Positions 11,845 through 24,649 of a stretch of 64,000 bases of DNA are shown here, in pieces. Numbering within the stretch: position 1 is the first letter of the stretch; each line of letters begins with the position of its first letter. The notes beneath the pieces are model-generated. The model did not search any database. It saw nothing but the letters and a program-made list of their open reading frames with translations, and was not told the DNA's origin. Origin of the DNA: Hypanus sabinus (lineage: Eukaryota); assembly GCF_030144855.1 (NCBI RefSeq), contig NC_082706.1, positions 33,604,001 through 33,668,000 of the forward strand, read 5' to 3'. Both the position numbers and the translations under genes were made by a program.

Positions 11845-13290
11845 CTTATTTATAGAGCACTTTCCATACAAATGATGTAGTTAGAATAGGATAACGTGCA
11901 AACATAAAAGCAATAGACAAAATTATGTTATTTAAAAGCAAGTTAATAAATCGGTTTTGAGCTGGCATTTAATAGTGCCAACTGAGTCTGCATCCCCTTA
12001 TAGTTTTAGGCATTGAGTTCCATAGTTTAAGAGTGTATTTAAAGAAAGCTGACCACCAATTGTCTTTGAGGGAAATTGTTTAAATTTAAGAGGCAGTGGA
12101 AAAATACCTGAGAGCTCGAGCAGGATTATAAAACAAAAGCGATTCTGTGATGTACTCCAGCCCAGACCATTAAGAGTGTTAAAAGCAAGCAAGAGAACTT
12201 TAAAAACTATTTGAAAAGGTACAGGAAGCCATTGCAGAGTAGTTAGGATGGGAATGATATACTCCCTCATCCTGCTAAAAATCTAACAGTGACATTCTGA
12301 ATTAAGTTTAAGTTTGTCAATAGATTGCATTGCAAGGCCAGTAAAAAGTGCATGCAGTGATCTAGTCTATTCTACAAAAGGCATGAATTAGTTTTTCAGC
12401 ATCGTTACGTGACAGAAAATAACTCACCTTTGTAATATTTCTGAAGTGTAGAAATGCTGCTCTGGTCACCTTCTTTATGAGAGATTTAAAATCCAAATCT
12501 GAATCAAGGTTAAAAACCAGGCTAATTACTTCTGATTTTTCAAGGGGAGCCAAGCTCCCAAGTGTATCCAGAAGTTTATCTCTTTTGGCCTTGGGACCAA
12601 CTAAAAGCATTTTAGTTTTAACTTAATTCAGTTTTGGGGAATTATTGCTCGTCTATTTCTTTATTGCAGCCAAAGCAGAAGTCAGAGAAGATAGGGTGTT
12701 ATCGCCATCAGACTCAACTGACTTAGACAATTGTGTGTCATCATCATGGCTGTGGAAATCATGTTTATGCTCTCCAACGACGTCTCCTAAGGGGAGTATG
12801 TATAACGAGAAGAGTAGAGGACCAAGACAGTTTCTCTGAGCACCACCAAAAGGTTCATTGTACCTTTTAGAAAAATTATCACCAAGACAGGCAAACAATT
12901 TTCCCTCTGAGATATGTGAGCAAAATCAATCGGGGTGCTACCACAGGGGCCAACGCAGTTCTCAAGTGATCTCGGAGAGTGCTGTAGTCAATTGTTTTCA
13001 GGGCAGCACTTTGATCTAGAAGAATTACAACTGAGACTCTGTTGGCATCAGCACTGTGCCTAAGGTCACTGACAACTTTGGTAAGGACTATTTGCACACT
13101 GTGGTTTGCTCCAAAACCTGACTGAAACTTTTCTAGAATATTCTTCTCATTCAGAAAGCTGTTAAGTTGGCTGCAAATTACATCCTCAAAGAATCTTGCC
13201 CAAGAAGGAAAGATTTGATATAAGCCTGTAGTTAGCTAGTACCTCACTGTTAAGGTTTGGCTTTTTAAGTAGGGTTTTGACAGCTGAAAC
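11845..13290 (-). mobile_element. L2-clade LINE fragment
   Basis: [63 protein letters not shown]. Confidence 0.85.
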
Positions 13291-13559
13291 TTTGAACTTC
13301 ACTCACCTCAATGCAGAACTGACTCCACAATCTGCGGACTCGTTTCAAGGACTCTACAACTTATGTTCTTGATATTATTCATTTCCTTTTTTATTATTTG
13401 TATTGTTTGTCTTCTTTTGCACATAGGTTGCTTGTCAGTCTTTGTTTAGGTGTGGCGTTTCATAGATTTTATTGTATTTCTTTATTTTCCTGCAAGAAAA
13501 TGAACTTCAAAGTGGCAAATAGTGAGGTACTTTGATAATAAATTTACTTTGAACCTTGA

Positions 13560-14050
13560 GTGTCAAATGAGCTGCCCGCAGAATTGGTAGATAACAGTTG
13601 AATGGCAACATTTGAGAAATTTGGATATGTACATAAGACCATAAGACATAGGAGCAGAATTAGGCCATTCAGCCCATTGAGTCTGCCCCAACATTCCTTC
13701 ACGGCTGATCCCATATCCCTCAACCCTATACACCTGCTTTCTCGCCATGTCCTTTGATGCCCTGACTGATCAGGAAACAATCAACTTCTGCCTTAAATAT
13801 ACACACGGACTTGGTCTGTGACAGAGCATTCCACAGATTCACTACTCTCTGGCTAAAAGAATTCCTCCTTACCTCTGTTCTAAAGGGTCGCCCCTCAATT
13901 TTGAGTCTGTGCCCTCTAGTTCTGGATAGCCCCCAATGTAGGAAACACCCTCTCCACATCCACCCCATCTAGGTACATGGATGGAAGCGTCTGGTTGCTG
14001 GTAGGTGGGACAGCAGAAATCCAGCTGGCACAGACTAGATGGGCCAAATA
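13560..14050. mobile_element. CR1 3' fragments (a minus copy at ~13630-13975 inside a plus copy)
   Basis: SRTRGHRLKIEGRPFRTEVRRNSFSQRVVNLWNAL; CATAAGAC tail repeats. Confidence 0.7.
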
Positions 14051-14329
14051 CCACTGAGACATGATTACAACATCAAGTGATTCTTCTGAACAACATTGAC
14101 TTCTGGACGTCTCTAAAAACAGAGCTTGTTTGTAACTAAGAGACTGCCTATACTTTAATAATCATCCTGTGAATGATGAGGTATGATTAGTAAGTCGGCA
14201 GATGACACAAAAACGAGTAGCTTTATCAATAAAGAAGGTAGTTATCAGTCATCATTAACCACTCATTTACACCAACCCTACATTAATGTTGATAAGCAGA
14301 GAAATGGCTGAAGGAATATAATTTTGAAG

Positions 14330-15030
14330 TAACACACAAAATGCTGGTGGAACGCTGCAGGCCAGGCAGCATCTATAGGAAGAAGTACTGTCAACGTTTT
14401 GGGCCAATACAGGATTAACTGAAAGAAGAGATAGTAAGAGATTTGAAAGTGGGAGGGGGAGAGGGAGACCTGAAATGATAGGAGAAGATGGGAAGGGGAA
14501 GAATGAAGCTAAGAGCTGGAAAGTTGATTGGCAAAAGGGATACAGAGCTGGAGAAGTGAAAGGATGATGGGATGGGAGGCCTAGGGAGAAAGGGGGAGGG
14601 GAGCACCAGAGGGAGATGGAGAGCGGGAAAGAGTGATTGTGAGAGGGACAGAGAGAGAAAAAAATAGATAAATAAATAAGTGATGGGGTAAGAAGTAAGA
14701 AGGGGAGGAGCGGCATTAATGAAAGTTAGAGAAATCAATGTTCATGCCATCAGGTTGGTGGCTACCCAGATGGAATATAAGGTGTTGTTCCTCCAACCTG
14801 AGTGTAGTTTCATCTTGACAGTAGAGGAAGCCATGGATAGACATATCAGAGTGGGAATGGGACATGGAATTAAAATGTGTGGCCACTGGGAGATCCTGCT
14901 TTCTCTGGCGGGCAGAGCGTAGGTGTTCAGCAAAACGGTCTTCCAGTCTGTGTCGGATCTCACCAATATATAGGACGCAGTATACCACACCAGCCGACTC
15001 ACAGGTAAAGTACACTACACCATAGAAAGG
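14330..15030 (-). mobile_element. Penelope-like element 3' fragment (GIY-YIG endonuclease + terminal repeat)
   Basis: ORF 14716-15081: VYCVLYIGEIRHRLEDRFAEH..PVATHFNS..LEEQHLIFHLGSHQPDGMNIDF, then a pyrimidine tract and the terminal repeat with a hammerhead remnant at ~14385-14420. Confidence 0.88.
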
Positions 15031-16109
15031 CTGTGATTGCACTGGGGAAAGTTCACTAGGATGTTGTATGCGATGGAACATTTTGCCTACAAGGGGAGAC
15101 TTCGTTTTGTTTCCTTTGGAGTGAAGAAGGCTGAAGGGGTACTTAATAGGGGTGCAGTATATAAAATTATTAGAGACATAAATGGCTTAGCAGAAGTATC
15201 TATAACAAGAAAATAAATGTTTAATGTAATGGGAAAGAGGTGTACAGAAGATTTCTTTTAACGCTGAGGTTGGGAGATCTGGGACTCCCGGCCTGAGGAG
15301 TTGGTGAGACTCTATAACCACTCTCAACACATTTAAGATGAGCTTAGATGAGCACTTGAAACCCCATGTGGCTGTGGACCAGGAGACTAATATAGCTAGA
15401 TACTTAATGGTCAACACAGAGACTGTGTACTGAAGGACTTTCTCCATGCTATATGACTCTGTGACCTCTTTCTTCCTGATTTCAGATGATTTATTTGCTT
15501 TCCCAATAAAAGAAATCAATTTTCCATTGGTGCTGACAAAATTATTGCTCAGAACCCATCCCTACAATCTCTGTTCTTCAACATGTTTCCCCTAAGGGCT
15601 GGAAGTTAATTGGTATCTGATTTGAATGTGGGGAAAGCCTTGTGTTAAATTATAATGAGCATTGGAAGGCTTTAACTATGAAATTAATAGTGTTCAACCT
15701 CATTTATAACATAAACAAGGTGAGAGAATTTAATAAAATGCAACTTGTGAAAACTGAACTCATAAATAAGAATTGTTAAATTATTAAGTCTAAGTATTGC
15801 TGTGATGTAGAGTGTAATATTCCAGTTGTTGCTCTTTACCGGCACGAGGCACTCTTTTGTATAGCACAGTCGAATGTTAAATTATTGGTTTGAAAGACAC
15901 TATAAGCATAAGCACAGAATCTAGAATACAAATGCATTGCTGGGAGAAAAGCTGCTTTTCAAAGTGAGACCACTCTGTTGTTACCTGTTATATAGAGTAT
16001 ATTCACTTCTAGAAGCCATCCTATCAGAAGGACATGATTAAGGCTGAGCGGCGAGGAGATAATGGTATATCAGATTCTGAGAGGCATAAATAGACTAGAT
16101 AGTCAGATT

Positions 16110-16447
16110 CAATGTTCCCTCTAATTCGTAATGACCAGTGTGCACAATAATCTTGTGCTGTGCAGTTTTTTTGTCCCGTGACAACAACATGTGCGCACTG
16201 AGTAATTTCTTTAATTTCTTCAATAAAAATGGTATAAATAAGCCAGTTCTAAAATCTGCAGACAAATCATCGCAAACTCCACGTTGTCAACACCAGGAAC
16301 CAGGAAAAGAAATGAGATTGTGCACAATTGCAAAATATACTTAATATACCAACGAAGCAGAGGGTGACGACCTTTTATGCGCAGTTTAAATTTCTTTGTG
16401 CACTTGGAGCAAAAGATGTGTGCATGCACACCTTAGAGGGAACATCA
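16110..16447. mobile_element. hAT-type MITE inside a CR1 fragment (~16040-16760)
   Basis: TIRs CAATGTTCCCTCTAA / TTAGAGGGAACATCA; degenerate 8 bp TSD GTCAGATT/GCCAGGTA. Confidence 0.7.
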
Positions 16448-16959
16448 GCCAGGTACTTCATCTCATTGTAGGAATATCAAAAACAAAAGGCACAGACTTG
16501 AGATGAGAGGAAGGAGAATTAAGGGAAACATTTTTCCCATAGAGAGTGGTTGATATTTGGAATAAGCTGAGGAAGAAGGTAGTGGAGGCAGATACCATCA
16601 CAATATTTAAAGGGCGTTTAGATATTCACATAAATAGACAAGGCATAAAAATACTGACCGAACATGGGCAAATGGGAATTGTATAGGTTGGCACAATAGC
16701 CGGCATGGGCCTGGTGGGCCGAAGGGCCTGTTTCTGTGCTGTGCCAGTCTGTGACTCACTAAGTTACCTCTATGGATACCAAAATATGGGGGAAAGATTC
16801 CTGAGGCCCTTCATGGTTCATCTGTGACTTCCCCCCCCCCCCCTTCATGTACCTATCTTTGCCCATGTCCCTTAGGTTGGAAGAAGTTTCATTGATATCG
16901 CTATTAGACCAAGGTATTGATTGTGGGCTCCAGGAAGCGGAAGTCAGGGGCAGACGCAC

Positions 16960-17985
16960 GAGTCCTCCTTGACTGGTCAGTGGTGGAAAGGGTGAGCAGC
17001 TCCAAGTTCCTGGGAATCAGCACCTAAGAAGATCTATGCTGGGCCCAACGTATTGATGCAATTACAAAGAAGGCATGCCAAGGGTAGATTTCATCAGGAG
17101 ATTTGATATGTCACCAGAGAATCTAGCCAATTTCTACAGATGTACTGTGTAACTGGTTATCACCGTCTGGTGTGGACAGGTTGGGAAAAAGCCACAGTGT
17201 TGTAAACTCAGTCAACTCCATCATGAGCACAAGCCTCCCCATCATCCAGGACATCTTCAAAAGGCCATGCCTCAAAATGCAACATCCATCTTTAAGGACC
17301 CCCATCACCCGTGACATGCTCTCTTCTCATTACCACCATCGGAGAAGGTGTAAGATCATAACGAGCGAGATTGTGAGGTCGAGAGTCCATGTTATTGTAC
17401 CAGAAGACCATTCAGTTGTCTTATAACAGTGGAAAAGAAGGTGACGTTGAGCCCAGTGGTGCATGTTTTCAGAGTTCTTTTATCTTCTCCCCAGTGGAAG
17501 AGGGGAGAAGAGAAAATGTCTGGGGTGGGGGGGATGGGCTTTGATTGTGCTGGCTGCTTTAATGGGAAAGTGAGAAGCGTAGACAGAGTCTGTGGAGAGG
17601 AGGCTGGAATCCATGATCTCCTCAGCTGTGCTCACAAATCTCTGCAGTTTTGTGGGGTCACGTGCAAAGCATTTGCTATACCAAGCTGTGGTGCAACCAG
17701 CCGAAATGCTTAATATGGTGTATCAACAGGGTCGACGGGGGCTTGACAAATTTCTATAGTTTCCTGAGGAAGTGGAGGCAATAGTGAGCTTCCTTGGTCA
17801 TGCCATTTCTGTGGTTGAACCAGGCCAATCTACTGAACTCACCCCTCAGAACTTGAAGCGCTCAACCCTTCAGCCCCTCATCCTCAACACCGTTGATGCA
17901 GACAGGAGCGTGTGTATCACTCCTCCTTCCTGACATGCTCTTCTGTTTTGCTGATATTGAAACAAAGCTTGTTGACGAGGAGCCA
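16960..17985. mobile_element. Rex1/Babar LINE fragments in both orientations
   Basis: ERVSSSKFLG-type motif and SIMSTSLPIIQDIFKRPCL on +; a related 3' fragment on - from ~17400. Confidence 0.6.
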
Positions 17986-19967
17986 CATTACCAAGGTTTT
18001 GTTTCCCCTTCCTGAAATCCAATTCAATTGTCATTTGAAATGCAGCCCATTATGGTGGGATCTTCTGCAAATTGTGGTGAACTATCACAGCAGATAGCGA
18101 GGAGGCAGGCGGAGGCGAGGCTGGTTCAGGGGATGAGCCGTGCTGGGGCAACGCGTTCGACCTGGGTTCACAGACCCAGTTGGTGTTATCGCTGCTGGAG
18201 GTGGAGTCAGCGATTTGGAAAGGAGTCGGTGCGGAAGAGTTTCGATGCCCGTTTGCCTAAGCCGGTTGCGAGGTTGGATCACTTCAAGCGCTGAGCCGAT
18301 ATGGTGAGATTGAGAATGACTTTGGGCTGGACGGCCCAAGGATTATGAGGAGCCAGGGCCCAGGTCTCATTATCCAAGTACTTGGACAATTGAAACATCA
18401 GCACAGATAGACTAGAAACCCTGAGTGTCAGGTACAGAGGTGAGGGTCAAGCTGATTTCACTCCCTCTCCCGCCAAGGCGTGAACTGAATGGGCTGTTCT
18501 ATGATTCTGCCCTGCTGGTGTTAGATGAACTGGGATTGAGGCTTGGGCCTACCCCGGCTGCTGCAGGAGGGATCTGGGGATTCAGTCTGGTTTGGAGGGC
18601 TGTTGGCTGGCTCCTATAGTTTGTGTGATTTGTGTTTTTTTCTCTCTCTTTCTCTGTGCAGTGGCTTTTGGTCTTTCTTTTCTATAAATTGGGTTATTCA
18701 GGCTTCCTGCTTTGTGGCTGCCCGTAAACAAACAAATCTCAAAGTGTATAATTTATACATTCTCTGAATATTTGAATATTTGAAACTTGTATGTGTGATT
18801 AGAGTCGAATCTGGCCACACAGTCATCAACACACAGGGAGTAGAGCATAATACACAGTGGCAAAATTTGTCCTTGCAATCAAAAGTTCAAATACCTTTCT
18901 CTCCTCTACAAACGTTCAGACAGGTTATTGTTTAGTTTGCACAGATCACTTTTTTTCACATTTGTACTCTCCAAACCATTTTATCAATTAAGCAAGCCTT
19001 AGGCCTTCCCAGGTTTGTCCAATAACCAAAGGGACCCAGCAAAGCCTGAGCACGTGATGTGTGGGCTGCACAGAGGCTCTGCTGGAAAAATAGGCTAAAT
19101 GGTCTTTGTAAAATTGATGTAATTACTTCCTGTTCTTATCTCTTTCTCACTTTATACTGCATTCATGAAAACCATATATAATGTTAATTAACTGTCATGT
19201 AATTGTCTTTTTTCTTTTATATACTGTGCATATATTCCCAATAATGTCAGCCTCTGTCAGTTTGTCACACTGTCTCTGTGCAATTGTGTGCATGTTCCCA
19301 TTACTGAAATAAATGTGGATCCCCTTTAGGAAAGTGGCACTTGGGATTTAATGGAAATCTTTATATCAGAACTTTTCATATATGAGAAAAGCTGCAAGAA
19401 TCATTTATATTAACATCTGGAGCTAAATCATTTTTCCTTATTGCTTCAGATTATATATTCATGAATAGAAAAACTCTTGTTTGTCCAACAATTCTGCTGT
19501 TTTTTCCTCTTATACTCTCTGAAGTACCTCTGCATTGTGATTAGCGCAATCCTTTCCATTAAAAAACGTTTGAGCCCAGTGCAGTCTGTGTTTGAAGTAC
19601 GCTTGCTCTTCACTTTTAACATTTCATTCTATTCCTTGTCTTGATTTTTCCCTCCAAACCTTTCCCTGCCCTTCCAGGGTTAGGTTCCAGAAATCATGGC
19701 TGCAAGAACAATGACCTTTAACCAAGTGTTTTCTCTGCACACATACGATTTGATCAGGGAGGAATCACTTCAGAGCCTCATCCGGTCATCACTCGGCGCT
19801 GGACCTGTGAACTTTTTGCAGGCAATCAATAGAAAGGGGGAACCTACCTGATTTCCACCCTGCTGACCCCATCGTCCTCCCCAGCCATCATCTCCCAGCA
19901 CAGTTGCCATTGTCCTTGTTCAGATGAACTGACACACAGACCGGGCCAGTAAGAACCTTCTATTAAT

Positions 19968-21360
19968 GTGGGCTGCCTTAACAACTATCGCCCGGTAGCA
20001 CTCACATTGACAGTGATGAAATGCTTTGAGAGGTTGGTCATGACTAGACTGGACTCCCGCCTCAGCAAAGACCTGGACCCATTGCAATTTGCCTACCATC
20101 ACAATAGGTCAATGGCAGATGCAATCTCGATGGCTCTCCACACGGCTTTAGACCACCTGGACAACAGAAACACCTATGTCAGGATGCTGTTCATCAATTA
20201 TAGCTCAGCATTTAATACCATCATTCCCACAGTCCTAATTGCGAAGTTGCAGAACCTGGGCCTCTGTACCTCTCTGTAATTGGATCCTCAACTTCCTAAC
20301 CGGAAGACCACAGTCTCTGCAGATTTGTGATAACGTATTCTCCTCGTTGATGATCAACACTGATGATCATCAGGGGTGTGTGCTTAGCCCACTGCTCTAC
20401 TCTCTGTATACACATGACTGTGTGGCTAGGCATAGCTCAAACACCATCTACAAATTTGCTGATGATACAACCATTGTTGGTAGATCTCAGGTGGTGATGA
20501 GAGGACGTACAGGAGTGAGATATGCCAACTAGTGGAGTGGTGCTGCAGCAACAACCTGGCACTCAACATCAGTAAGACAAAAGAGCTGATTGTGGACTTC
20601 AGGAAGGGTAAGACAAAGGAACACATATGAATCTTCATAATCAGAAGTGGAAAGAGTGAGCAGCTTCAAGTTCCTGGGTGTCAAGATCTCTGAGGATCTA
20701 ATCTGGTCCCAACATATCGATGTAGTCATAAAGTCAGCAAGACAGCGGCTATACTTTATTAGGAGTTTGAAGCGATTTGGCATATCAACAAATAAACTCA
20801 AAAACTTCTATAGTTCTACATGGAGAGCATTCTGACAGGCTGCATCATGGTCTGGTATGGGAGGGGCTACTGCACAGGACCAAAAGAAGCTGAAGAAGGT
20901 TGTAAATCTAGTCAGCTCCATCTTGGGCACTACCCTATAAAGTTCCCAGGACATTTTTGGGAAGCAGTGTCTTAGAAAAGTAGCGTCCATTATTAAGGAC
21001 CTCCAGCACCCAGGACATGCCTTTTCTCACTGTTACCATCAGGTAAGAGGTACAGAAGCCTGAAGGCACACACTCAGCGATTCAGGAACAGCTTCTTCCT
21101 CTCTGCTATCCAATTCTTGAATGGACTTTGAAGCTTTGGACACTACCTCACTTTTTTTTTAATATACAGTATTTCTGTTTTTGCACATTTTAAAAATAAT
21201 CTATTCAATGTATGTAATTGATTTACATGTTTATTTATTATGTTTTATTTATTACTATTATTTTTTCTCTCTCTGCTAGATTATGTATTGCATTGAACTG
21301 CTGCTGCTAAGTTAACAAGTTTCATGTCACATGCCGGTGATAATAAAACTGATTCTGATT
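19968..21360 (+). mobile_element. Rex1/Babar LINE, 5'-truncated RT
   Basis: [74 protein letters not shown]; AATAAA and GATTCT tail. Confidence 0.9.
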
Positions 21361-21483
21361 AATATTATGACTATTCCATTCCACATAGAGCCTCTAGTTG
21401 CAGTATCTATGGTTGTACTGGATTACTTTGTAACTCAATTATCATGACTTAGATTCATTAGAACATTGTTAGTCCTTAAAAGA

Positions 21484-21697
21484 TGATGCACCATCAATAA
21501 CTCACACTGAGACGTAAGGCGAGATATCGGCTTTTATTGACTGGAAGAAGGAACCAGGAGTGAGTGCCCATCATACTATGTCCTGGAGACTGAGGCCGAG
21601 CGTCAGGCCTCAGATCGCCTTTATACAGGGGCCTGTGGGAGGAGCCACAGGAGCAGTCAGCAGGGGGCGTGTCCAGACAGGCTTATAGTTCACCACA
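21484..21697 (-). mobile_element. Solo LTR, 214 bp, 5 bp TSD AAAGA
   Basis: TG...CA ends; AAAGA at 21479-21483 and 21698-21702; TATAAA and AATAAA on the minus strand. Confidence 0.8.
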
Positions 21698-21924
21698 AAA
21701 GACAATGGCGATAATACTCATCCCTCTGACTGAACTTGGCCATTGTTTATCAAACAAACAAAAATTACTTGCTCTGTCAAAGTACTTCAATGAGCTGTAA
21801 ATTTCTCAGTAAGGCAATACCTTCGCTAATTCCCCCCTGCCCTCTCCACCAAACACACACTCACATCTGGCTTAGATAGAGGTTACACTGGTGACCAGAA
21901 TCCCCGTGATTTTAGTTGAAGAGT

Positions 21925-22480
21925 TTCTCATGTGCGGTGGAAAATGTACTGACTGGCTGCATTACAGCCTGGTAGGGGAACACCAATGCCTTTGAGTGGA
22001 AAATCCTACAAAAGGTAGTGGATTCGGCCCAGTACATCACAGGTGAAGCCCTCCCAACCATTGAGAACATCTGCATGAAACGTTGCTGTAGAAAAGCAGC
22101 ATCCATTATCAAAGATCCTCACCACCCAGGCCATGCTCTTTTCTCACTATTGCCATCAGGTAGAAGGTACAAGAGCCTCAGGACTCGCACCACCAAGTTC
22201 AAGAACAGTTACTATCCCTCAACCATCAGGCTCTTGAACAAAAGATGATAACTACATTCGGTCTTTTTCTGGTGTTCCCACAACCAACCATCTTACTTTA
22301 AGGACTCTTTATCTTGTTAATTCATGCTCGTTATTTATTGTTCTTCATTAATATTTGCATTTGCACAGTTTGTTGTTCATTTATCCTTTTTACAGTTACT
22401 CTTCTATAGATTTGCTGAGCAAATGAATCTCAGGGTTGTGTGTGTATGTACTCTGATGATAAATTTACTTTGAACTTTCA
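21925..22480 (+). mobile_element. Rex1/Babar LINE 3' fragment
   Basis: ORF 22018-22248 KAASIIKDPHHPGHALFSLLPSGRRYKSLRTRTTKFKNSYYPSTIRLLN. Confidence 0.85.
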
Positions 22481-23537
22481 TGGTAATGGTCAACACTGGA
22501 AAACGAATATTGAGAATGTTCCAGTGGTCTTCAACCGGAAGTATTAATTCTTTCCATAGATGCTGCCTGACCTGCAGCACGTTCACAGAATTTAATCTTT
22601 TTAATTTTGCAAAGTAAGGGTCCTGTGGCATTAAAAATTAAATGATTCAGGGATTTTTGTGAGATTGCAACTGGGTTATGATTTGGATTATGAGCTGTAG
22701 TACCATTTCCAGACACAGCTTGTGCACGTCTCTAGATAAACTATTATAGGAGCTTTGAGTCTCGGTCAGCGGACTGCGTGATAATGCGCTTTGCATCTTA
22801 TTCCTTTCCCAATAACATCTTGCGCTCTGCCAGGATGCCAGGACCAAACTTTGAACAACTGGTGTGCAAACCTCCTCGTCTGGAGAAATGCTTGGAACAG
22901 AAAACTGAAAAAAAACCAGAGTGGGGAACAACTGTGTTCAGTAACATCGTTCACTTTTCTAATGCACAATCACAGATTTATCCCAGGGATTAGGCTTTTT
23001 GCAGTGGCAGAAAAAAAGCATTTTATTTGACTGAGCTCTGTGGTTTGATGACTGAAGCAAAGTCCTGCTTCAGCTTAACTCTGAAAGGACAAAACACTGA
23101 ATAACCATATCAGCCGCGTAACTGATTCACTGAACCAGAGAAGGCATGGTATATTGAAGAAGCCAACTTCATAAAGGATACACCTCTTGTGTGGGCTTGT
23201 TACTGAGACCTTTAAGTTGCTGCATGCATGACAAAATACTGTGAGTATATTATCAACATTCATTTGACCATGAAAGTTGTGCCTGCTACTGTGAAGTGAG
23301 AATTTTGTCAAATTTTAGGTGCTAGTATTTTGTACCCAAGACTTGTCATCTAAAATTACAACATCAGAACTTGTGAATTCCTAAAATAGTAAAAAATATC
23401 ATTCGGCTTTTTATTGTCTTCTGGACCCAAGCAGTATTCTATGAGAAGGAGTAAACTTAGTTTGATAAACTTATATATTTCCCTTTTAAATATAATGAAA
23501 TAAAAACCAAAAACACATCTTTAAATTTTTTTTGAAA

Positions 23538-23672
23538 TGTCCTGACGAAGGGTCTCGGCCTGAAACATCGACAGCGCTTCTCCCTATAGATGCTGCCTGG
23601 CCTGCTGTGATCCACCAGCAATTTGTGTGTGTTGTTCGAATTTCCAGCATCTGCTGATTTCCTCGTGTTTGC
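23538..23672 (+). mobile_element. Penelope-derived short repeat with the best-preserved minimal hammerhead core
   Basis: TGTC-CTGACGA-AGGgtctcggCCT-GAAA-CATC-GACA at 23538-23573. Confidence 0.8.
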
Positions 23673-23754
23673 TTTTTAAAAAATTGATTATTTTACATAG
23701 TCTCTATTTCCATATATTGGATACCATCCATAAACAAAAGGAAATAGTGTACAA

Positions 23755-23903
23755 AGGCAACACGAGTGAATCTGCAGATGCTGGAAATAAATAAAATACA
23801 CAAAATGCTGGCAGAACTCAGCAGGCCAGACAGCATCTATGGGAGGAGGTAATGATGACATTTTGGGCCGAAACCCGAGTTCTGCCAGCATTTTGTGTTT
23901 TTT
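23755..23903. mobile_element. Penelope-derived insertion with inverted halves and 14 bp TSD
   Basis: GAAATAGTGTACAA at 23741-23754 and 23904-23917. Confidence 0.8.
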
Positions 23904-24515
23904 GAAATAGTGTACAAGTTTGTTTCTAGCTTTCAGCTAATGGCTAACACGAGGAAGTTAATGCATTAAATAACTGTAATTTTAAGATAACTAGACAGCA
24001 CTGCTAATGTTTGTAAATAACTCACTGAGTATTGTATGCTGATATTAGAAGGCACCAAGGTAAAAGCACTGCAGCTGTTAACTTGTACAAAAAAAAGTCC
24101 AATTAAAATTTACATTGAAAAGTCTTATTGCCTACTTAAAAAAGTTATCACTTCACAGAGGTGTTTTTTTTTTGTTAACTTTAAACAACCATCGATTCAT
24201 TTTGGTGAAATAATAACCAATTTGAACTATTTGACTATTTGACTATTTGAGCGAGCTCATCAGATGAATTTTGAATCAGCTGTGTGTTTTATTGATCATG
24301 AGCTTCTGCTTTTATGTTGCTGATCTGCCTGAGGTAAAAGTGCTGCTAGCTTTAGTGTTGTTAGTGGTATCATGTCAGACTGGGGAGACAGCAACAAGGT
24401 GGTTAAACTTAGGGCAGGTATCGAAAGGCTCAGACTTATGTTCCTCGATTCCCTGCCCCAGAAACAGTATTTAACCATGAAACTGACTCAATGTTGTAAA
24501 AACATTCAGTAAAAA

Positions 24516-24649
24516 GTCTTGACGAAGGGTCTCGGCCCCAAACATCGACCTTACTCCTTCCTATAGATGCTGCCTGACCTGTTGCGTTCCACCAGCATTT
24601 TGTGTGTGTTGCTTGAATTTCCAGTGTCTGCCCATTTCCTCGTGTTTGC
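24516..24649 (+). mobile_element. Penelope-derived short repeat
   Basis: GTC-TTGACGA-AGGGTCTCGGCCC-CAAA-CATC-GAC followed by the family body; direct repeat GTTGTAAAAAC at 24493 and 24650. Confidence 0.75.

Noticed and set aside
14267-14738. Leu/Ser/Pro-rich ORFs resembling membrane proteins
   Set aside because: Translation of the Penelope pyrimidine tract.
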